A stretch of DNA of 64,000 bases, from assembly GCA_009914755.4 (NCBI GenBank), contig CP068257.2, forward strand, positions 16,288,001 through 16,352,000, written 5' to 3'. Positions within the stretch are counted from its first letter, which is position 1. Each line of letters starts with the position of its first letter. A program made the translations under genes and the position numbers. Under the pieces are notes generated by a model. The model saw nothing but the letters and a program-made list of their open reading frames with translations, ran no database searches and was not told the DNA's origin. Source of the stretch: the human T2T-CHM13v2.0 reference genome, Homo sapiens. Of the stretch, positions 57,515-64,000 are shown in pieces.

Positions 57515-58200
57515 AATTTTTTTATTTTATTTTTTTCTCTGTTTTTATTTTATTTATTCATTTTTATTATACTTTAAGTTCTGGGTTACATGTGCAGAAA
57601 CTGCAGTTTTGTTACATAGGTATACACATGCCATGGTGGTTTGCTGCACCCATCAACCCGTCACCTAAATTAGGTATTTCTCTTAATGCTATCCCTCCCC
57701 TAGCCCCCCACCCCTGACAGGCCCTGGTGTGTGATGTTCCCCTCCCTGTGTCCATGTGTTCTCATTGTTCAACTCCCACTTATGAGTGAGAACATGAGGT
57801 GTTTGGTTTTCGGATCTTGTGATGGTTTGCTGAGAATGATGGTTTGCAGCTTCATCCATGTCCCTGCAGAGGACATGAACTCATCCTTTTTTATGGGTGC
57901 ATAGTATTCCACAGCATATACATGCCACCCTTTCTTAATCCAGTCTGTCATGGACGGACATTTGGGTTGGTTCCAAGTCTTTGCTATTGTGAATAGTGCC
58001 ACAGTAAACATACGTGTGCATGTGTCTTTATCACAGAATGATTTATAATCGTTTGTGTATATACCCAGTAATGGGATTGCTGATCAAATGGTATTTCTAG
58101 TTCTAGGTCCTTGAGGAATCGCCACACTGTCTTCCACAATGGTTGAACTAATTTACACTTCCACCAACAGTGTAAAAGCGTTCCTATTTTTCCCAGCAGT
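57515..58200 (-). mobile_element. L1PA-type (intermediate age) 5'-truncated LINE-1 3' end (antisense)
   Basis: T-rich tail, then 'atactttaagttctgggttacatgtgcagaaactgcagttttgttacataggtatacacatgccatggtggtttgctgcacccatcaacccgtcacctaaattaggtatttctcttaatgctatccctcccctagcc...cccacttatgagtgagaacatgaggtgtttggttttc...cccagtaatgggattgctgatcaaatggtatttctagttctaggtccttgaggaatcgccacactgtcttccacaatggttgaactaatttacacttccaccaacagtgtaaaag'. ORF 57769-58011(-) is the ORF2 C-terminus. Confidence 0.88.
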
Positions 58201-59757
58201 ACTTTAATTAATCAGATTATTTCCATCTAGATTGCTATGTAAGGGCAAGACCTTAGCATTATGATATAGATACATACGTTTTAATAGTGGGATGGTGCCA
58301 AAAATAGGTGCCTGGAAGAGTAGACCATGGTAGATGGCCATGGGTGGCGAGAGGACATCACAAAATGACAAAATTGGAGGAAAACATGTGTACTTTGAGA
58401 ATAGAGAAGAAATTAACAAAAAGTTAGGAGAGCTCAGAAAAGAAAAGTTAATTTTTTCTGTGGTTTGTCCTGCCTGGTTCTATAGAAAAATTGCACAAGG
58501 AATAGAGAAATAGATGGGGAGGAGGTTATAGCTGCTTTCACAGTAAGATCTATTAATTTTTCTTCCCACTAGCCCAATCTCAGCCAACAGGAGGCAGGGT
58601 TATTATTCCTAAAAACTAAGCCAGGGACAGGGTTTCTACCACAGATAGAATTCTACTGACATCAGTATAATCATTTTTAGTGACATATAGAAACAAATAT
58701 CCAGGCCAGAATTACTTCTTCAAAATATCTTTTTCTCAGCTGTAATCATCAGAATATTGAATACTTATTCAATACTGCATTTTCTAAAAAATATAGCCAC
58801 TTATTCTACCTAGTAGTGTGTTTGGCATCATTAGTGATGTGGTAAATAAAAAGAATCACTTTCAAACTGCTACCTTTTATGTGCAGCACTCACAGCTGCC
58901 ACTTGAAGCTCAGTTTGAAGCAATCAATTGGATAAGTCAATCAATTTTCATTTTGTCCTCATCTCCTAGGTAACCAGAGCATTTATACAGACCCTTGCCA
59001 AGGAAGAACATTTAAAAAGTAATATATATTCATGACCTGTTTTCTTTGAACACTGACTTAATAGAAAAGCAAAGAGCTACCCATGCAATATTTTAAATAA
59101 CAGTAACACAAATTTTATTTGATTCTGGTGAGAAAGTATGAGGGGAAACATACTATAGAATATAACATCATTATATTTCAGTCTCTTATGATCTATCAGG
59201 AATGAAAACTGCACCACCTGCTATGTCTATTATGTATTTAATGTGAATAACAAGCATCCCACTGCTGGTTATTAAAACAAATCATAAGCCATCTGACATT
59301 ATACTCATAACCCATTCCCTGCTTCATGGCTCTGAGAAAGGCACAAATTGAGGGTGGATGCATTGGAGCAGATTTTTTGATGTGAGTACAAGGCATTTGG
59401 CCTCAAAGTAAGTCATTTATCTACTTCAAAAAAATCCCATAAAAAAGTCATTATGAAAATATAATCATAAAACAGTATTATTGGCACAACATAGAGGATG
59501 AAAAATTCCAGCAGTTGCAAAACGCGTTAAGTTTTGCCTTACCTGAATCTTCTTGGCATGTGAAGCCATGAGAAAAATGAAACATTTGGTGTTTGTAGAA
59601 ATGACTCACATTGAGGAAGTCATAGATCTTGCTTGCCTTGTTGATACAATGTGGCATTCAAATCCCACTGATTGCACAGGCTTCAAGTTTAGCTGGGCCA
59701 ACCTCATCTACCTGGACACAGCTAACTGGTTTATTGGTTATTGTTTCCTGTGGGAAG

Positions 59758-60384
59758 TTTTTTTTTTTTTTCCCTTTTTTCTTTTTTTTTTATTATTATT
59801 ATACTTTAAGTTTTAGGGTACATGTGCACAATGTGCAGGTTAGTTACATATGTATACATGTGCCATGCTGGTGTGCTGCACCCATTAACTCGTCATTTAG
59901 CATTAGGTATATCTCCTAAAGCTATCCCTCCCCCCTCCCCCCACCCCACAACAGTCCCCAGAGTGTGATGTTCCCCTTCCTGTGTCCATGTGTTCTCATT
60001 GTTCAATTCCCACCTGTGAGTGAGAATATGCAGTGTTTGGTTTTTTGTTCTTGCGATAGTTTACTGAGAATGATGATTTCCAATTTCATCCATGTCCCTA
60101 CAAAGGACATGAACTCAACATTTTTTGTGGCTGCATAGTATTCCATGGTGTATATGTGCCACATTTTCTTAATCCAGTCTATCATTGTTGGACATTTGGG
60201 TTGGTTCAAAGTCTTTGCTATTGTGAATAATGCCGCAATAAACATACATGTGCATGTGTCTTTATAGCAGCATGATTTATAATCCTTTGGGTATATACCC
60301 AGTAATGGGATGGCTGGGTCAAATGGTATTTCTAGTTCTAGATCCCTGAGGAATCGCCACACTGACTTCCACAATGGTTGAACT
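59758..60384 (-). mobile_element. Young L1PA (L1PA2-4-like) 5'-truncated LINE-1 3' end (antisense)
   Basis: Poly-T, then 'tatactttaagttttagggtacatgtgcacaatgtgcaggttagttacatatgtatacatgtgccatgctggtgtgctgcacccattaactcgtcatttagcattaggtatatctcctaaagctatccctcccccctccccccaccccacaacagtccccagagtgtgatgttccccttcctgtgtccatgtgttctcattgttcaattcccacctgtgagtgagaatatgcagtgtttggttttttgttcttgcgatagtttactgagaatgatgatttccaatttcatccatgtccctacaaaggacatgaactcaacattttttgtggctgcatagtattccatggtgtatatgtgccacattttcttaatccagtctatcattgttggacatttgggttggttcaaagtctttgctattgtgaataatgccgcaataaacatacatgtgcatgtgtctttatagcagcatgatttataatcctttgggtatatacccagtaatgggatggctgggtcaaatggtatttctagttctagatccctgaggaatcgccacactgacttccacaatggttgaacta'. 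Only a handful of differences from the L1HS consensus as I remember it. ORF 60003-60407(-) is the ORF2 C-terminus. Confidence 0.9.
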
Positions 60385-62039
60385 ACCCTGTAAAGGTTCA
60401 ATGCCAAATGTGTCTACACATTGGAGAAAAGTAATGTTTGCCAAATGCTTACTAGAATTGAGATAAGGAATAATTTGGAAATAAAATAGTGTAAATGGGA
60501 TTCTTAGTCCATGATGTACTATGTTATAAATATTCTTTTGCTGGAAACTATATCCTGGTTCTGGATCCCTGAACAAGATATAGGCAAAGACTGGATGCAG
60601 AATACTGTTTGGGGGAAGATCACTTACCTGCAAATCATCCTGGCTCTCTTTGAGTCCTTCAGTGGGAACTTGAAGAGATCACTGATTTCAGTTTGGGTCT
60701 CATTTGTAAAATAAAAAGTGTTGATAAAGAGGACATTAAGTTTCTTTTAAATCCAAAATTTCATAGTTTTATCTAATAGGATATGAGCATCTTAGGAGAT
60801 TCTTCCTATCCTCACATATATCCACATAGACTATATTCATTTAAAATGCCCCCAAACTCCAGGGAGCACAAAATTAGATATTACTGAAGAAGATTTATAT
60901 TAGAGTTCTAAAATGTGATTTGACTGGCTGTCTGTAGCCTTTTCTTAATATCAGAATAACCAAAATGTAACAAAACAAAAATGAAGTAACACCATGTGTT
61001 TGTATTTAAATCTGCTCAAGACAATTTTATTTTATACCAACCTGCAATTAGAATCCAACCCCAGAGATTCTGGGACCTTTTCAGCTAATGATGAGCCGAC
61101 CATGTTTCAATTAATGCAAGGCTTGTGAGGTTATTTACAATCCACGTAAACACATTCCGGTTTTCAAAAATAAATTGGTACTACGGACTAAACAGTATTT
61201 GTCAAACTCGTTGATTGAATGTCCCATTTCCGAGGAGTTAAACAAGAACTTGGATGTAAACAGTTAAACATTTTTGGAAACTTCTTGATTCTTATTGGTA
61301 AACATAACAAGAGACAGAGCTTCTTTGCTTAACATAACAAGAGACAGAGTGCAGATTTAAATTTCACAAGACCTTTGTCTCTTACAGAGCTGTTTGAGGC
61401 TCTCCTGTGGTCCCTGCTGAGAAGAATAATAATCAGTATATAGGACTTTGAAAAGTCCTTTGTCACAAGGATTCAGGTCTCCTAAAACTGCTCATGAGAT
61501 GTCATTGTTACCTATAGTTGATTTTAATTTTAAATATAGCCAAACCAAAGTGTGTGTATAATATATTAAAATATAAAAACATTATAATATAAAATAATGT
61601 TCTATCTGTATATATATCTCCTCTCTTTGCTTTTCTCTCCTCTGAGTCTCTGTTTCTGTCTTTGACTCTCTGACTCTGTCTTCACACTGTACACACACTT
61701 CCCAACATTAGCTACAATGTTTGGGAAAAGGCACAGTGAGAACCACAGTAAGTTTCATTTCTTAAAAGCTGAAGATATTTTCCTGTCAATTCTGCCATAT
61801 AAATCTTTTTTATATCGTTCTTTCCTGTATAGAAAATGAGAGAGTTGCCTTTAGCCAAAATACTGGGATGTTAGAATATTTGGTTACATTGTTATACTAT
61901 ATATACTAACATTTCCACTACGGTTTCAAGTAGTTTAGGCAATTTTCAGTGCTGAATTTAAGCATGTTAGAAATATCAATTAAATACAAAGTTGAGCATT
62001 AAAACTAACAATGTTAAATGTTCGTGTTCTTGAAGGAAT

Positions 62040-64000
62040 AACATTTTTTCCATGTGTAAAATATTTTTATGTTTTATTAATACAAAATAATTGTACATAT
62101 TTATAGGATACATGTAATATTTTGATATATACATACAATGTATAATAATCAAATCAGTAATTAGGATATCTGTTACCTAAAACATTTATTATTTGTGTTG
62201 GTTACAATTTAAAATGACTCTTCCAGCTATTTTGAAATATACAACAAATTATTATTAATTAAAGTCACCCTACTGTGCTATTGAATACTAGAACTTATTC
62301 CTTCTATCTAATGATATGTTTGGACCTAATAAATAACCTCTCTTCACCTTCCACCTTTTTTCCGAGGCTCAAGTAACCATTGTCTAACTCTCTCCCTTTA
62401 TGAGATCAACTGTTTAAGCTCCCATCTGTGAGTGAGAACGTTTGATATTTGTCTGTGTGTAGTTTATTTCATTTAACATAATGACCCCCAGTTCTATCCA
62501 TGTTGCTACAGTTGACAGAATTTCTTTCTTTTCCATGGCTGAGTACTATTCCATTGTGTATATATATCACATTTTCTTTATCCATTCATCATTGATGGAC
62601 ACTGGGATTGATTTCTTGTCTTGGCTTTTGTGAATAATGCAGCAATAAATGCTGGGGTGCAGGTATATCTTTGATATACTGATTTCCTTTTCTTTTGATA
62701 AATACCCAGTAGTGTGATTTCTGTATTATACAGTGGTCTTATTTTTAGCTTTTTGAGAAACTTTCATACCGTTTTCTATAATGGATGTATTAATTTACAT
62801 TCCCACCAACAATGTATAAGAGTTCCCTTTTCTCCATATTCTCACTAGCATCTATTATTTTTTGTCTTTTTGATAGTAGCCATGCCAACTATGGTGAGAT
62901 GGTATTTCATTGTGGCTTTTATTTGTATTCCTCTAATGATTAGTGATTTTGAGCATTTTTTAATATACCTATTGGCCATTTGTATGCATCCTTTTGGGAA
63001 ATGCCTATTCATGTCTTTTGCTCACTTTTAAATGAGATTATTTGATTTTTTTTTTTTTTTTGGTGTGGGGAGGTGTTGAGTTGTTTGCATTTCTTATATA
63101 TTCTGAATATCAATCTCTTGTCCAATAAACAGTTTGTGAATATTTGCTCCCATTTAACAGGTTGTCTCTTTATGCTGTTGTATCCTTTGCTGTACAGAGG
63201 CTTTATAGTTTAATATAGTACCATTTGTTTATTTGAAGTCATAGCCATTTGCTTTTGAAGTCATAGCCATAAAACCTTTGCCTTAATCAATGTCATGATG
63301 CATTTCCCCTATGTTTTCTTTTAGTAGTTTTATAGTTTCAGATCTTACATTTAAGCATTTAATCCATTTTCAGTTGATGTTTGTATATGGTGAGAGCTAG
63401 GGGCCTAGTTTCATTCCTCTGCATATTGATATCCAGTTTTCCCAGCACCAGTTATTGAAGAGACTGTCCTTTCTTCAGTGTATGTTCTTGGTGCCTTTGT
63501 TGAAAATAAGTTGGCTATGAATATATGGATTTATTTCTGGGTTCTCTATTATTTTCCATTGGCCTATATGTCTGTTTTTTATACCAATACCATGCTGTTT
63601 TGGTTACTATAGCTTTGTAATATATTTCAAAGTCAGGTAGTGTGATGCCTCTAGTTCTTTTTGTTTAGTATTGCTTTGGCTATTTGGCATCTTTTTGTGG
63701 TTCCATACAAATTTTCTATTTCTATGAAGACTATCATTGATATTTTGATAGTGATTACATTGAATCTGTAGATTGCTTTGGGCAGTGGTGGTCATTTTAA
63801 CAATGTTAATTCTTCCAATCCATGAGCATGGGGTGTCTTTCCATTTGTTTGTGCTTTCAATTTCTTTCATCAGTGTTTTGCAGTTTTCACTGTAGAGATA
63901 TTTCACCTCCTTGTTGAAACTTACCCTAGGTAATTTATTTATTTATTTTTGTACCTACTGTAAATGGGATTGCTTTCTTGATGTCTTTTTTTAGATAGTT
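62040..64000 (-). mobile_element. L1MA/L1PB-type LINE-1 (antisense; 3'UTR and ORF2 C-terminal half), continuing beyond the window end
   Basis: '...ggatacatgtaatattttgatatatacatacaatgtataataatcaaatcagtaattaggatatctgttacctaaaacatttattatttgtgttggttacaatttaaaatgactcttccagctattttgaaatatacaacaaattattattaattaaagtcaccctactgtgctattgaatactagaacttattccttcta...gagatcaactgtttaagctcccatctgtgagtgagaacgtttgatatttgtc...ttacattcccaccaacaatgtataagagttcccttttctccatattctcactagcatc...ccatgctgttttggttactatagctttgtaatatatttcaaagtcaggtagtgtgatgcctctag...' matches the L1PB/L1MA antisense consensus. ORF 63607-63906(-) lies within ORF2. Confidence 0.85.

Overview
This window is primate, almost certainly human, nuclear DNA from a repeat-dense, AT-rich intergenic or deep-intronic region. 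I could not identify any protein-coding exon, rRNA, tRNA, snRNA, CRISPR array or operon-like structure.

Interspersed repeats explain almost all of the recognisable content. There are about 20 Alu elements, several with readable target-site duplications (TSDs). There are at least seven LINE-1 (L1) copies, ranging from old L1M/L1PB-like to a young L1PA2-4-like 3' fragment. There are at least eight MaLR/ERVL solo LTRs (MLT1, THE1 and MST types), one LTR12/HERV9-like LTR fragment, three MIR copies and several microsatellites. The longest ORF in the provided track (43574-44290, 238 aa, with an FADD motif) is the reverse-transcriptase domain of a decayed L1 ORF2, not a host gene.

I do not see evidence for a novel biological system in the strict sense. 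The most noteworthy features are structural:
- A 237-bp 100%-identical segment occurs twice (25671-25907 and 28180-28416). The second copy sits inside an MLT1 LTR with a 10-bp TSD and no poly-A, which fits a templated duplicative insertion.
- A twin-primed, 5'-inverted L1 (41971-44778) is flanked by the TSD 'tactatgcatt'. An Alu later re-inserted into the same target site, leaving three copies of the TSD.
- A second L1 (14901-19715) carries an in-place inversion of its inter-ORF/ORF2 5' segment.
- A short block of unique DNA (61090-61235) has unusually well-preserved CpG.
- A diverged ~95-bp repeat pair (35963-36060 and 37633-37740) has splice-acceptor-like context.
- A perfect 51-bp tandem duplication lies at 55901-56002.

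All coordinates were read by eye and are approximate to within about 10 bp. Family assignments come from remembered consensus sequences and should be confirmed with RepeatMasker/Dfam.
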